From positions 12,090 through 76,089 of the forward strand of contig CAZBMZ010000032.1 in NCBI GenBank assembly GCA_964492845.1: a stretch of DNA of 64,000 nt, read 5' to 3'. Source of the DNA: an uncultured Clostridia bacterium. Lineage in GTDB: Bacteria; Acidobacteriota; Blastocatellia; Chloracidobacteriales; JADJPF01. The translations under genes were made by a program, and so were the position numbers. Shown piece after piece: positions 19,727 through 30,024 of the stretch. The notes beneath the pieces are model-generated. The model was not told the origin of the DNA. It saw only the letters and a list, made by a program, of their open reading frames with translations, and did no database searches. How positions within the stretch are numbered: the stretch's first letter is position 1; each line of letters opens with the position of its first letter.

Positions 19727-21358
19727 ATGAGGGTGTGTCCTAAATGTTTTATTTGTTATGATGATAGCGACATAATGTGTCCAACAGATAATGAGTATTT
19801 GGAAACGGCTTGGCCTGCTTCACGACTAATAGCCAATAAATATTTATTAAAATCCATGTTTGCTAAAGGTGGTATGGGGGTAATATATCGTTCAATTCAA
19901 ACAGAACTTAACAGAGAAGTAGCGGTTAAAATCCTTTCTCCTCAATTACTTTCCAATGAAAGAATTCTTAAGCAATTTCGTAGAGAAGCCCTAGCAGTTG
20001 CCCGTTTGGATCATATCAACATTGTGCCAGTTTATGACTATGGAACATTACCAGATAATTTTGGAGCTTATTTAGTAATGAGGCTGGTTCAAGGTAAGCC
20101 TTTGTCAGAAGAGATTGAAGATATAGGCGCACTGCCACTAGAAAGAGCCTTACGTATTATGCAGCAAATATGTGCGGGTGTTTCAGCAGCACATGCACAA
20201 AAAGTCATTCATTGTGACTTAAAACCTGACAATATTTTGATAGAAAATTGTGATACACCTCGTGAAAGAGTTCAATTAGTAGATTTTGGTATTGCAAAAC
20301 TAAAGGAATTAACCATTGATGGAACGGCTAATTCAGCTATAACTGATAGTGCAATAGGTACACCACAATATATGTCGCCAGAACAATGCTGTGGTGAACC
20401 ATTAACTATACACACTGATATTTATAGTTTAGGAATTATTTTCTTTGAAATGATTACAGGACGAGTTCCGTTTAATAGTTTTGTAGCCGTAGATGTAGCA
20501 CAACATCATGTTCGTACTCCTCCGCCTCCTCCATCCCGCTTTCAATATGGATTGCCAACAGCTTTAGATTATGCAGTACTGCGAGCCTTAGCTAAACGAC
20601 CATCTGGACGACCAGATTCAGCAGAGCAATTTTTTGAAGAGTTACTTTCTGCTTCAGGAATAACACTACAACCAATCAGTACAGAGCTTTCTGTTACTGC
20701 TGCTGCTTCAACAGGTCTTCTAACAGCAGCTTATAATACTTCTAACGCAACTATCATAGAAAATAAGCTGGATTCTTCTTTTGATATCCCAACTTTTGAT
20801 ATTCCAAAAGCTAATATGCCTATGGTAAACATACCAGAGAAAATAGAAAGCTTAGAAAATATTAAAGATAAACATACTAGATCTGCTAAAAACATCACTT
20901 CTCAAGTAGGAGACAACAAAACAAATCCTTTTGTAACCCTTAAACCAGAATCTAAAGCCTTACAAAATGAATATTTTTTTCCTGAGCTTATGATTTTAAC
21001 CATAAGTAGTAACACTGATACAACTATTGAAGAAATATTACAAGAATTTGGCTGCACTGTAATTAGTACTAATAGCACTGAAGAGGCTTGGGAATGTTTA
21101 GAAAAATACTATTTCAATCTAGTAATTACTGAAGTTTTAGCACCTAAAATTAATGGTTGGCAACTCTTTGCTGCATCTCAGGATCTAGCGGAAATCCCTG
21201 TTTTTATTTTTATTACTAATAAACCAAGTAATGAAGATTGCTTACAAGCCTTAGAACAAGGCGTTGAAGATTATTGGGGCGGCCCCTTATCTTTTGCAGA
21301 ATTACAAATTAGATTAAGAAGATTACTCCAACGAATGAGTAAAGACATTCAATCATAA
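19727..21358 (+). CDS. Ser/Thr protein kinase with an N-terminal zinc ribbon and a C-terminal degenerate (pseudo-)receiver domain
   Basis: CPKCFICYDDSDIMCP zinc ribbon, then the Hanks kinase (GGMGVIYRS, VAVK, HCDLKPDNILI, DFG, SPEQ). The C-terminal ~120 aa have a CheY-like pattern (VFIFITNKP, ALEQGVEDY), but the phospho-Asp position is Glu (ITEVLAP) and the acidic pair is SS. I prefer the ATG at 19727, which has an AGGG RBS. The ORF-track TTG at 19706 is possible. Confidence 0.8.
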   Translation: MRVCPKCFICYDDSDIMCPTDNEYLETAWPASRLIANKYLLKSMFAKGGMGVIYRSIQTELNREVAVKILSPQLLSNERILKQFRREALAVARLDHINIVPVYDYGTLPDNFGAYLVMRLVQGKPLSEEIEDIGALPLERALRIMQQICAGVSAAHAQKVIHCDLKPDNILIENCDTPRERVQLVDFGIAKLKELTIDGTANSAITDSAIGTPQYMSPEQCCGEPLTIHTDIYSLGIIFFEMITGRVPFNSFVAVDVAQHHVRTPPPPPSRFQYGLPTALDYAVLRALAKRPSGRPDSAEQFFEELLSASGITLQPISTELSVTAAASTGLLTAAYNTSNATIIENKLDSSFDIPTFDIPKANMPMVNIPEKIESLENIKDKHTRSAKNITSQVGDNKTNPFVTLKPESKALQNEYFFPELMILTISSNTDTTIEEILQEFGCTVISTNSTEEAWECLEKYYFNLVITEVLAPKINGWQLFAASQDLAEIPVFIFITNKPSNEDCLQALEQGVEDYWGGPLSFAELQIRLRRLLQRMSKDIQS

Positions 21359-21374
21359 CTGCTTAATTACAATA

Positions 21375-21431
21375 ACTCTTTAACAAACTCTTTAACAAAC
21401 TCTTTAACAAACTCTTTAACAAACTCTTTCT
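21375..21431. repeat. 12-bp tandem repeat (AACTCTTTAACA) x4.7 in the intergenic region
   Basis: Four perfect head-to-tail copies plus a partial fifth, directly downstream of the kinase gene and upstream of 21548. Confidence 0.9.
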
Positions 21432-21547
21432 GTAGAAAACACAAAATAACTTGTAACAGTAGAAAAGCTTTTATTAGAATAAGCTTTCCTTGCGTTTTAA
21501 TTATACAAATAACTACTTAAACCATTAATCTCAACAGGTAAATTAAA

Positions 21548-23278
21548 ATGTTAGAAATTTTAATAGATGAATCTATTGTTTCAACTAAACTCTATAAAAT
21601 AGCATTTTTAGTCATTTTCCTAGTAATACTACTAAATTTTGGTAATATAATTTCTGGGGATTTTGTTGCTGATGATATATTTTATGTAATAAATAACGAA
21701 TCTATAAGATCACTATTTAGCTATGATCTATTTTTCCCCAAAAAACATTTATTCAGTAGTTTTAATAATTATCGTCCTATTTATAATTTTATTTTAGCTA
21801 TAGAATACACTTTATTTGGCTTAAATTCTATTCCCTATCATATATTTAATATTTTTTTACATACATTAAATACATTTCTTTTATATTTGCTTACTCTAAA
21901 ATATACAGATAACAAATTACTTGCATTATTAACAGCAATTATTTTCGCTGTTCATCCAATCCATACAGAAGCCGTTAGTAATATTACTGGTCTATCAGAA
22001 GTGCTTACAGCCTTTTTTGCTTTGTTTGCTATTTGGCTTTATTCTAAGAGTAACAAACTAGATATTTATTATATTTCTTCTTTGCTATGTTATTTGTTTG
22101 CTATACTTTCCAAAGAAAACGGAGTAGTAGCTCTAGGGGTAATTATTCTCTTAGATATTTGCTACAATTGGTCAAATTTTTCTAAACTTAAGTCCAAACT
22201 TATTTACCATAGTGGATATTTCTTTGTTTTGTTTCTTTATTTACTTCTTAAAATAACTCTTAGAGGCTCAATAGTTAACAACAAAAATTTAATTTTTCCT
22301 GATTCTTTTAGCAGTCGTATTTATACAATGAGTATAGTGTTTATTAAGTATATTTATTTATTAATTTTTCCAAGCAAATTAATTGCCTTTTATGACACTA
22401 CAATTATAAAAATAGTTAACCAAATTAATATTGAAGTAACAATGGCCTTGATTTTAATTTTAGGTTTATTAATAACTGGATTTATTTTACTTTGGCATCA
22501 AAGGGTTATGGCTTTTTCAATACTTTTTTTCTTTGGCACAATGAGCGTAGTTTCTAATGTATTTTTTGACATTGGAGTAATAATGGCAGAGCGTTTTTTA
22601 TATTTTCCTTCTATAAGCGTTTGTTTAATTTTTGGTGCCATTTTTTATTGGCTAATAAATCATTCAGGCAAATTAAAAATTATTGGTGTATGTTTATTTA
22701 CATTAGTTTGTTTACTAGCAACCGTTCGCACTTATGTAAGAAACTTAGATTGGCTAACACAAGACAGTGTTAGGACTTCTTTTATCAATAATGCTCCTCA
22801 AAGCCCTAGAATAGCACTTATGCTATATGATAGAGCTTTGGAACTATTTGATGAAGGTAAAGTAAATGAAGCAATTACAGTAAATAAAGAGCTAACTACC
22901 AAATTTCCTAACTATGCTCAAGGACATTATCAGCTAGGCAAAATACTAAATAGTGTTAATAAATACCAAGAAGCATTACCATATTTAGCTAGAGCAAAAC
23001 AACTAACACCACAAGATAAAGAAGTAAGTTTAACTTATGCACTTGCTTTATTAAATAATGGAATAATAGAGGAAGCAAAAATTGAATTAGAGTCTCTTAT
23101 CAAAGAAAATCCTAATTTATTAGAAGCGCACAATTACCTAGGTATAGTTTATCTTAATTTACAACTTTACACCCAAGCACAAAAACAATTTGAAATCACC
23201 CTAAAAATTAATCCAAATTATAAATCAGCAGAACTTAATCTATTAAAACTAAAGGAAATTACTAGTAATATAAAATGA
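21548..23278 (+). CDS. Polytopic membrane protein (GT-C/PMT/ArnT-like N-terminal domain) with C-terminal TPR repeats
   Basis: About 11 TM helices over the first ~400 aa, then 3-4 TPR motifs (YAQGHYQLGKIL...AHNYLGIVYLN). This matches the TPR-containing GT39/GT83-like membrane proteins. Confidence 0.65.
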   Translation: MLEILIDESIVSTKLYKIAFLVIFLVILLNFGNIISGDFVADDIFYVINNESIRSLFSYDLFFPKKHLFSSFNNYRPIYNFILAIEYTLFGLNSIPYHIFNIFLHTLNTFLLYLLTLKYTDNKLLALLTAIIFAVHPIHTEAVSNITGLSEVLTAFFALFAIWLYSKSNKLDIYYISSLLCYLFAILSKENGVVALGVIILLDICYNWSNFSKLKSKLIYHSGYFFVLFLYLLLKITLRGSIVNNKNLIFPDSFSSRIYTMSIVFIKYIYLLIFPSKLIAFYDTTIIKIVNQINIEVTMALILILGLLITGFILLWHQRVMAFSILFFFGTMSVVSNVFFDIGVIMAERFLYFPSISVCLIFGAIFYWLINHSGKLKIIGVCLFTLVCLLATVRTYVRNLDWLTQDSVRTSFINNAPQSPRIALMLYDRALELFDEGKVNEAITVNKELTTKFPNYAQGHYQLGKILNSVNKYQEALPYLARAKQLTPQDKEVSLTYALALLNNGIIEEAKIELESLIKENPNLLEAHNYLGIVYLNLQLYTQAQKQFEITLKINPNYKSAELNLLKLKEITSNIK

Positions 23279-23500
23279 TAGATTTCAAAAAGCACTTTTC
23301 TAAGGAGAGGAAAACCATTTTTAATAATTTGCATCTTATTATCGGACTATAAAATATACTATTAAATTATATAATCTTATAGCCTTTATAGTAACCTTGC
23401 TTTGATTAGGTACATAATTATATAATTTTGGAATTGTACAAAATTTAAAAAAACAAATTTCTTAATTTAGTAAATTTTAATTTTTAGGAGTTTAATTGCT

Positions 23501-25000
23501 ATGGCAAAACCAAAAGGGATAGTAGTTTGGGCAGCTAGTGCAACATTAGTTTTAACACTAGCATTAATATTTTCATTAGTAAAAGTTTATGGAAATAAAG
23601 CCTCCAATGTTTATGGGAATGCCTCTGTAGGCATATTACCTCCTCCAAAAGAAGCTACTTTACCTGAACAAGTAGTTTCACCTATAACGCTTTCTAACAC
23701 TTTTCGTGAAATCGCAAAAGTAATGAAACCTACTGTAGTTAATATTAGTACAGTACAAAAAGTTAAAGGTAGTAGCGGTTTTCCACAAATTCCTGGGTTT
23801 CAATTTGATTTTCCTGGTGGGCCACAACCTCCTCACCCATTTAAGCAAAGAGGAAATGGATCAGGCGTTTTAGTAACTCCAGATGGTTATATTTTGACCA
23901 ATAATCATGTTGTTGGTAAAGCTGACAGTATTGAAGTTAAATTAGTTGATGGCCGTAAATTTAAGGGAAAAGTTATTGGTAAAGATGAATTTACCGATTT
24001 GGCTGTAGTAAAAATTGATGTCAATAGTATGCCTTATGCTAGTTTGGGTGATTCTGATGTAATGGAACAAGGTGATTGGGTAGTAGCAATAGGTTCTCCT
24101 TTTGGACTTGAACAAACTATTACAGCAGGAATTGTTAGTGCTAAAGGTCGTTATGTAGGTGGAAACTACAATGATTTTATTCAAACAGATGCTTCTATTA
24201 ACCCAGGTAATTCTGGTGGCCCGCTAGTCAATATGAAAGGTCAAATTATTGGTATTAACACTATGATTTTCTCAGAGTCTGGTGGCAACCAAGGCATTGG
24301 GTTTGCAATTCCCTCCAACTTAGTTCGATATGTTTATGAACAGCTAGTCAAAAATGGAAAAGTTACTCGTGGTTATTTAGGGGTAACAATCACAGAAGTT
24401 ACACCAGAAAAAGCTCAAGGCTTGGGTTTAAATACTACAGAGGGTGCTTTAGTTAATGATGTGCAACCTGATACACCAGCAGCTAAAGCAGGTATTCAAA
24501 GCGGAGATTTAATTGTTAGTTTTGATGGCAAATCTGTAAAAGACCAACATGAGCTTACAAATACTGTTGCAAAAACTCCAGTCGGCAAAAAAGCAGAGGT
24601 TAAATTTATTCGTGATGGAAAAATGCAAACTGCTACTGTAGAAACAGCCGAAAGAAAAATTGGTGTAAATGGTCGAGAAATTGACCCGGAAGAAAATTCC
24701 GCAAATGAAGAAGAAAGTAGCGGGAAATTAGGAATTTCTGCATCTACTCTCAATGCTGACCAAGCAGCAGACTTAAAGATTAAAAGTGGTGCTGTAGTTG
24801 ATAAAGTCGTCCCTGCTAGCCCTGCCGCAGAAGTAGGTATACAAAAAGGTGATGTGATTCACCAAATCAACCGTCAACCTATTAAATCTGCTGCTGATCT
24901 TGCTAGTGTAATGAAATCTATTAAGGAAGGTGATACTGTCATTATTCAAATCGAACGTAAAGGTCAAGGAATTAGTTTTCTACCTGTAACTATTGAGTAA
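23501..25000 (+). CDS. htrA: Periplasmic serine endoprotease HtrA/DegP/DegQ (trypsin domain plus 2 PDZ)
   Basis: Signal anchor. Catalytic triad context TNNHVV, DLAVVKI, GNSGGPL. Two PDZ domains (YLGVTI..., GDVIHQINRQPIKS). Confidence 0.9.
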   Translation: MAKPKGIVVWAASATLVLTLALIFSLVKVYGNKASNVYGNASVGILPPPKEATLPEQVVSPITLSNTFREIAKVMKPTVVNISTVQKVKGSSGFPQIPGFQFDFPGGPQPPHPFKQRGNGSGVLVTPDGYILTNNHVVGKADSIEVKLVDGRKFKGKVIGKDEFTDLAVVKIDVNSMPYASLGDSDVMEQGDWVVAIGSPFGLEQTITAGIVSAKGRYVGGNYNDFIQTDASINPGNSGGPLVNMKGQIIGINTMIFSESGGNQGIGFAIPSNLVRYVYEQLVKNGKVTRGYLGVTITEVTPEKAQGLGLNTTEGALVNDVQPDTPAAKAGIQSGDLIVSFDGKSVKDQHELTNTVAKTPVGKKAEVKFIRDGKMQTATVETAERKIGVNGREIDPEENSANEEESSGKLGISASTLNADQAADLKIKSGAVVDKVVPASPAAEVGIQKGDVIHQINRQPIKSAADLASVMKSIKEGDTVIIQIERKGQGISFLPVTIE

Positions 25001-25042
25001 TTTAACTTTATCCACTCCTACAAATTAATTCTACTATACAAA

Positions 25043-25072
25043 CTAGAGCGTGCAACCACGCTCTAGTTTTCT
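25043..25072 (+). terminator. Rho-independent terminator after htrA
   Basis: CTAGAGCGTG-caac-CACGCTCTAG is a perfect 10-bp stem, followed by TTTTCT. Confidence 0.7.
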
Positions 25073-25239
25073 ACAAGCGCAAAATACTTTTTTTCAAATT
25101 CCAATTTAATTATTTGAGTCAAATTGCTCAAAACTAACTTTTTAACTTTTACCTAAAAATAAAACCGTTAATTAGTAAACACTAATTAATCTAACTTTAA
25201 TTAAATCAATAATTTAACATTTGGAGGAAAATTTTATTA

Positions 25240-25640
25240 TGCAAATCAATATTAAATCCATCATTTCTACTATTGCTATTTTGATTGCTCTTTGTACAGG
25301 AGTTTTTGCCCAAGATAAAACTTCTACAGCAGCAAATGACGAAAAAGCTACTACAACAGAAACTTCTAAAACTAGAGCAGAATATTTGCCAGCTAATGTA
25401 GAAAAAGCCCAACAAGCCTTAAAAGCTAAGGGTTTATACAAAGGCAATATAACTGGCAAAGTTGATACTGATACAAAAGCAGCTATTAAAACTTTTCAAG
25501 AACAAAACGATCTAAACCCTACAGGCCATCTAAATAAAGATACTCGTAAAAAATTAGGTATTGAAGAAGTTGGTGGGACAGAAAAACCAAAAAGTTCTAA
25601 GAAAAGTAAAGAAACTGCCAGTAAAGACACTGGTAAATAA
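25240..25640 (+). CDS. Secreted peptidoglycan-binding domain (PG_binding_1) protein
   Basis: GGAGG RBS 8 nt before the ATG at 25240. Signal peptide present. AQQALKAKGLYKGNITGKVDTDTKAAIKTFQEQNDLNPTGHLNKDTRKKLG matches the PG-binding 1 consensus. The C-terminal tail is Lys-rich. Confidence 0.65.
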
Positions 25641-25846
25641 TCACTTATAAACTATCAAATTCATAATCTCTCTTACAATAATTCATCAACCAAAAACTAA
25701 TATATCTACTTAAGTTATATTGGTTTTTGGTTTTTCTCTTTTCTGCTAGTTTTACATCAACTTTTCCTACTTACTTAAGCTAAACGGTTGCTATAAAATA
25801 GTCTATTCTGAGCATCCCAAATAAATCTTATCAACCGAGGTAAAGC

Positions 25847-27187
25847 ATGAAAAACTTTTTTCTTGCCCTATTATTAATACTTAGTTTTAGTAGCATAAGT
25901 TATTCACAATCCTTAGAAGTTAAAACACATAACTTAAAAAATGGCATGAAAATTCTAGTCCATGAAGATCATTCTATTCCCAATGCAGCTATGTATACTT
26001 TTTACCGTATAGGATCACGCAATGAACGTCCCGGAACAACAGGTCTTTCACATTTCTTTGAACATATGATGTTTAATGGAGCTAAAAAATACGGCCCAGG
26101 CGAATTTGACCGTGTAATGGAAGCTAATGGAGGCACAAATAACGCCTACACTAGCCGCAATCTAACAGTTTACCAGGATTGGTTTCCTGTTTCACAACTA
26201 GAACTAATATTTGATTTAGAAGCTGACCGAATAGCAAATTTAAGTATTGATCCTAAAATAGTAGAATCTGAACGAGGTGTTGTTTATTCTGAACGTCGTA
26301 ATTCTGTGGAAAGCAATAATTTAGCTATTTTAGATGAACAACTTTGGGCAACTGCCTACACTGCTCACCCTTATCAATGGCCTGTAGTTGGTTGGCCCTC
26401 AGATATTGAAAATTGGTCATTACAAGATTTACAAAAACATTTTGAATCTGGTTATTCTCCCTCAAATGCCACACTTGTAGTAACAGGCAATGTAGCATTT
26501 GATGAAGTAGTTAAATTGGCAGAAAAATATTTAGAACCCATTAAAGCGCATCAACCTCCAGCCAAAGTTACTACTATTGAGCCAGAACAGTTGGGAGAAC
26601 GTCGAAGTCGTGTAGAAAAACTGGCTCAAGTGCCTGCTATTGCTATTGCTTACCATGTTTCTGCTACCAACAGCCCAGAATACTATCCAATAAAAGTATT
26701 AGAAAATATTCTTTTTACAGGTCAAAGCTCACGTCTTTACAAACGCTTAGTTGATCAAGATGAGTTAGTGCTTTCTATTGAAGGTGGAACAGACTTTGAC
26801 ATTGACCCAACTTTATTTACTTTTTATGCGCAAATTCAACCTGGTATTGAATCAGAAAAAATGGAAAAAGCCCTTTATGAAGAGTTAGAAAAAATTAAAA
26901 CTCAAGGAATCACTGAAGAAGAACTAAAAAAGGCTAAAAATATTCTTTTAGTTAATTTTTATGCCCGATTAAAAACTATTGCTGGTAAAGCTAACACTAT
27001 TGGAACTTATGAAGTTTTTTTTGGTGATTACAAAAAATTACTCTCTGCTCCAGATGATTTTGCTAAAGTGACTGTTGAGGATGTAAAAAAAGTAGCTCAA
27101 AAGTATTTCACCTCACGTAATCGTACAGTAATTACTTTAGTTCCTGTTTCCGAACAACCCCAACAAGCTCAAGAAAATAAAAACTAA
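25847..27187 (+). CDS. M16 family zinc peptidase (pitrilysin-like), active subunit
   Basis: Signal peptide. Inverted zinc motif HFFEHMMFNG (HxxEH) with the downstream ER...E. Confidence 0.85.
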   Translation: MKNFFLALLLILSFSSISYSQSLEVKTHNLKNGMKILVHEDHSIPNAAMYTFYRIGSRNERPGTTGLSHFFEHMMFNGAKKYGPGEFDRVMEANGGTNNAYTSRNLTVYQDWFPVSQLELIFDLEADRIANLSIDPKIVESERGVVYSERRNSVESNNLAILDEQLWATAYTAHPYQWPVVGWPSDIENWSLQDLQKHFESGYSPSNATLVVTGNVAFDEVVKLAEKYLEPIKAHQPPAKVTTIEPEQLGERRSRVEKLAQVPAIAIAYHVSATNSPEYYPIKVLENILFTGQSSRLYKRLVDQDELVLSIEGGTDFDIDPTLFTFYAQIQPGIESEKMEKALYEELEKIKTQGITEEELKKAKNILLVNFYARLKTIAGKANTIGTYEVFFGDYKKLLSAPDDFAKVTVEDVKKVAQKYFTSRNRTVITLVPVSEQPQQAQENKN

Positions 27188-27203
27188 CATATTAGGAGAA
27201 AAG

Positions 27204-28610
27204 ATGATGAAATACTTTATTTTACTATTATTAACATTCTTATTACTTGTAGGCTCTGCCACTGCTCAAACATCTGCTACTAACTCCCTAAAACTACCTC
27301 CATATAAAAAACTTAAGCTTGATAACGGTATGACAATACTTTTAATGGAACACCATGAAGTTCCTTTTATTAGTTTTAATATGCGTATTCGTGCTGGTAG
27401 CGTTCTTGATCCAAGTGGAAAAGAAGGTTTAGCTGACATAACTGCTGAACTCTTAAGAAAAGGGACTAAAAATCGCAGTGCTGACAAAATCGCTAGTGAA
27501 CTTGATGGAGTAGGAGCATCTTTGTTTTTTTCTGCTCAACATGATTTTTCCTTTGCTCAATCTGAGGTATTAAAAAAAGATCTAGACTTACTGCTAGATG
27601 TTTTTACTGATATCTTAACCAATCCAAGTTTTCCACAATCGGAAGTTGAGAAACTACAAAAATTATCCATCAACAACATTAAAGAAGCTAAAGATGATGC
27701 CCAATCAGCAATAAGACGTTACTATAATGCTTATTTATTTGGTAATCATCCTTATGCTAGACCTGTTAGCGGAGATGAAAAATCTTTAGCTAGCATTAAT
27801 CGTGAAGACATAGTTAAGTTTTACGATAATTATTATGCTCCAGCTAATATTGTTCTGGCTGTAGTGGGAGATTTTGCTAGTGCTGAAATGGAAAAAACTT
27901 TAACTAATCGTTTTAGTGGATGGAATAAAAAAACTGCCTCACCAATCAAACTAGTTGAGCCTATTCCAGTTAAAGGAAAAAAACTACTTTTAGTTGATAA
28001 ACCTGATACAACACAAACATTTTTCCTTATAGGTAACACAGGTATTTCTCGAAATAATCCTGATCGTGTTGGAGTAGAAATTGTTAACACTCTTTTTGGA
28101 GTACGTTTTACTTCGCTATTAAATTCTGAACTTAGAATTAGAACAGGTCTTACCTATGGTGCAAGGTCTGCATTTAGCCAAAACCTAGTTAGTGGGTCTT
28201 TTGCAATCTCAACTTTTACTCAGAATGCTACAACAGAACAAGCCATTGATTTAGCATTAGAAATTCTTAATCGCCTTCATCAAAAAGGTATAACTGAAGA
28301 ACAGCTAAAATCTACAAAAAGCTATATTAAAGGTCAATTTGCCCCTGACACCTTAGAAAGTGGGGATCAGCTAGCAGAAGTTTTAATGGATTTAGAATTT
28401 TTTGGCTTAGATGAAAAAGAAATTAATGAGTTTTTTACCAAAATTGATGCTTTTACCCTGACAGATGCACAACGAATTATCAAAGAATACTTCCCTAAAG
28501 AAAATCTAGTTTTTGTTTTAATTGGTAAAAGTGAAGAAATCTCTAACACTGTTAAAAAATATGCGTCTCAAATAGATACTAAAAAAATCAGTGAAGAAGG
28601 TTTTAAGTAG
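27204..28610 (+). CDS. M16 family peptidase, non-catalytic partner lacking HxxEH
   Basis: Signal peptide and M16 fold (PYKKLKLDNGMTILLMEHH...). No HxxEH motif is present. It lies 16 nt downstream of the active M16 gene. Confidence 0.8.
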   Translation: MMKYFILLLLTFLLLVGSATAQTSATNSLKLPPYKKLKLDNGMTILLMEHHEVPFISFNMRIRAGSVLDPSGKEGLADITAELLRKGTKNRSADKIASELDGVGASLFFSAQHDFSFAQSEVLKKDLDLLLDVFTDILTNPSFPQSEVEKLQKLSINNIKEAKDDAQSAIRRYYNAYLFGNHPYARPVSGDEKSLASINREDIVKFYDNYYAPANIVLAVVGDFASAEMEKTLTNRFSGWNKKTASPIKLVEPIPVKGKKLLLVDKPDTTQTFFLIGNTGISRNNPDRVGVEIVNTLFGVRFTSLLNSELRIRTGLTYGARSAFSQNLVSGSFAISTFTQNATTEQAIDLALEILNRLHQKGITEEQLKSTKSYIKGQFAPDTLESGDQLAEVLMDLEFFGLDEKEINEFFTKIDAFTLTDAQRIIKEYFPKENLVFVLIGKSEEISNTVKKYASQIDTKKISEEGFK

Positions 28611-28641
28611 TATCTAAACTTTAACTAAAGGAGTTTTATTA

Positions 28642-29154
28642 GTGGCTATACAAGATATTTTACAATTAGGAAACCCTACTTTATGGCAAAAATCTAGTCC
28701 AATTATTGATATTAACTCTAACCCAATAAAAGATTTAATTAAAGATCTTAGAGACACATTAGCAAACTTTCGTGACGTTAAAGGATTTGGACGTGCTATT
28801 GCTGCACCTCAAATTGGAGTTCTTAAACAAATGATTTTTGTCAATATGAATGGTTTTTCTGGCCCGCTTATTAATCCCATAATTACTTGGGCAAGTGATG
28901 AAAAATTTGAGCTTTGGGATGATTGTTTTAGTTTTCCTGATCTAATGATACGTGTTTCAAGATCAATTAAAATTAAAGTAGATTATCAAGATAAAGAAAA
29001 CTTAAAAAATACTCTAATAGCCGAAAATGATTTTGCTGAACTCTTACAACACGAAATAGACCACCTAAATGGAGTTTTAGCTACAGATAGGGCTATTTCT
29101 TTACAAGCTTTTTCTACTCGTAATGAATGGTTAAGACAAAAGTCAAATACCTAG
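28642..29154 (+). CDS. def: Peptide deformylase
   Basis: Motif I GRAIAAPQIG and motif III QHEIDHLNG are present. Motif II is divergent (DDCFSFP instead of EGCLS). GTG start after an AGGAG RBS. Confidence 0.8.
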   Translation: MAIQDILQLGNPTLWQKSSPIIDINSNPIKDLIKDLRDTLANFRDVKGFGRAIAAPQIGVLKQMIFVNMNGFSGPLINPIITWASDEKFELWDDCFSFPDLMIRVSRSIKIKVDYQDKENLKNTLIAENDFAELLQHEIDHLNGVLATDRAISLQAFSTRNEWLRQKSNT

Positions 29155-29378
29155 GTATATATTTGAAGCTAAAAAGCTTCTAAGTTTTCTTTACCTTAAA
29201 CTTTTGGTTATGTTATTTTCTATTTCAATAACTTTAATTGTCACTTAACTGCTAAGTTACAAATTTTGTTAATTATCGGTTGACATCTTTTGTCATTTAA
29301 TCTAAAAACAAAAAGATCTTAAAAACTTAAGTTATAGATAATATTGGACTAAAAAAAGTTTTTTTGGTCACCAATCAA

Positions 29379-29394
29379 TGGCACAAGGGTTGCC
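29379..29394 (+). promoter_or_regulatory. Sigma-54 (RpoN) -24/-12 promoter upstream of the pilin gene
   Basis: TGGCAC-aaggg-TTGCC fits the TGGCAC-N5-TTGCW consensus with exact GG/GC spacing. It lies ~73 nt upstream of the ATG at 29467. Confidence 0.6.
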
Positions 29395-29466
29395 TATATG
29401 TTTAACAGAAATAAGTTAACATCATTAAATCCGGTCTAACACTATAATCCATAAGGAGAGATATAC

Positions 29467-29964
29467 ATGAGAAATAACAAAGGTTTTTCACTCATCGAAT
29501 TATTAATCGTAGTAGTAATTATTGGTATCATCGCAGCTATTGCAGTACCTAACCTATTAGCTTCCCGTCGTTCTGCTAACGGTGCATCAGCCGTAGAAGC
29601 AATGAGATTATTCCACTCTGTAGAAGCTACTTATCAAGCTGGCGTTGGCAACGGCGCATTTGGAACTGCATCAGACTTATATAATCAACAACTAATTGAT
29701 GATTCATTAGCTGCTGCTGCTAACACTAGCACTGCTACAGTTTCATCAGGAACAGCAAAATCTGGTTACAGATATACTGTAAATACAACTGCTCCTTCTG
29801 CTACTTCATTAGCTGATTTTAACGTAACAGCTGCACCTTCTGCTACTAGCGGAATTGGTAGAACAGGTGATCGCCAATTCTTCGTAGATGCTACTGGCGT
29901 TATTCGTGGTACTACCAGTGCTACTACTGCTGCTGATTCTACAACTACTCCAATCGGTAACTAA
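29467..29964 (+). CDS. pilA: Type IV pilin / prepilin with an N-terminal methylation motif
   Basis: KGFSLIELLIVVVIIGIIAAIAVPN is a class III signal peptide (G/F cleavage site, Glu at +5). The C-terminus is Ala/Thr/Ser-rich and has no Cys pair. Confidence 0.85.
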   Translation: MRNNKGFSLIELLIVVVIIGIIAAIAVPNLLASRRSANGASAVEAMRLFHSVEATYQAGVGNGAFGTASDLYNQQLIDDSLAAAANTSTATVSSGTAKSGYRYTVNTTAPSATSLADFNVTAAPSATSGIGRTGDRQFFVDATGVIRGTTSATTAADSTTTPIGN

Positions 29965-29988
29965 TTCGATTTCTTAGTAGTTTACAGA

Positions 29989-30024
29989 AAAGCTAGAGAT
30001 TTAAGTCTCTAGCTTTTTTATTTT
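29989..30024 (+). terminator. Rho-independent terminator after the pilin gene
   Basis: AGCTAGAGA-tttaag-TCTCTAGCT stem followed by TTTTTTATTTT. Confidence 0.7.

Noticed and set aside
21375-21431. Possible CRISPR array
   Set aside because: The unit is only 12 bp with no spacers. No other direct-repeat array with 25-40-bp repeats was seen anywhere in the window, including upstream of cmr2.
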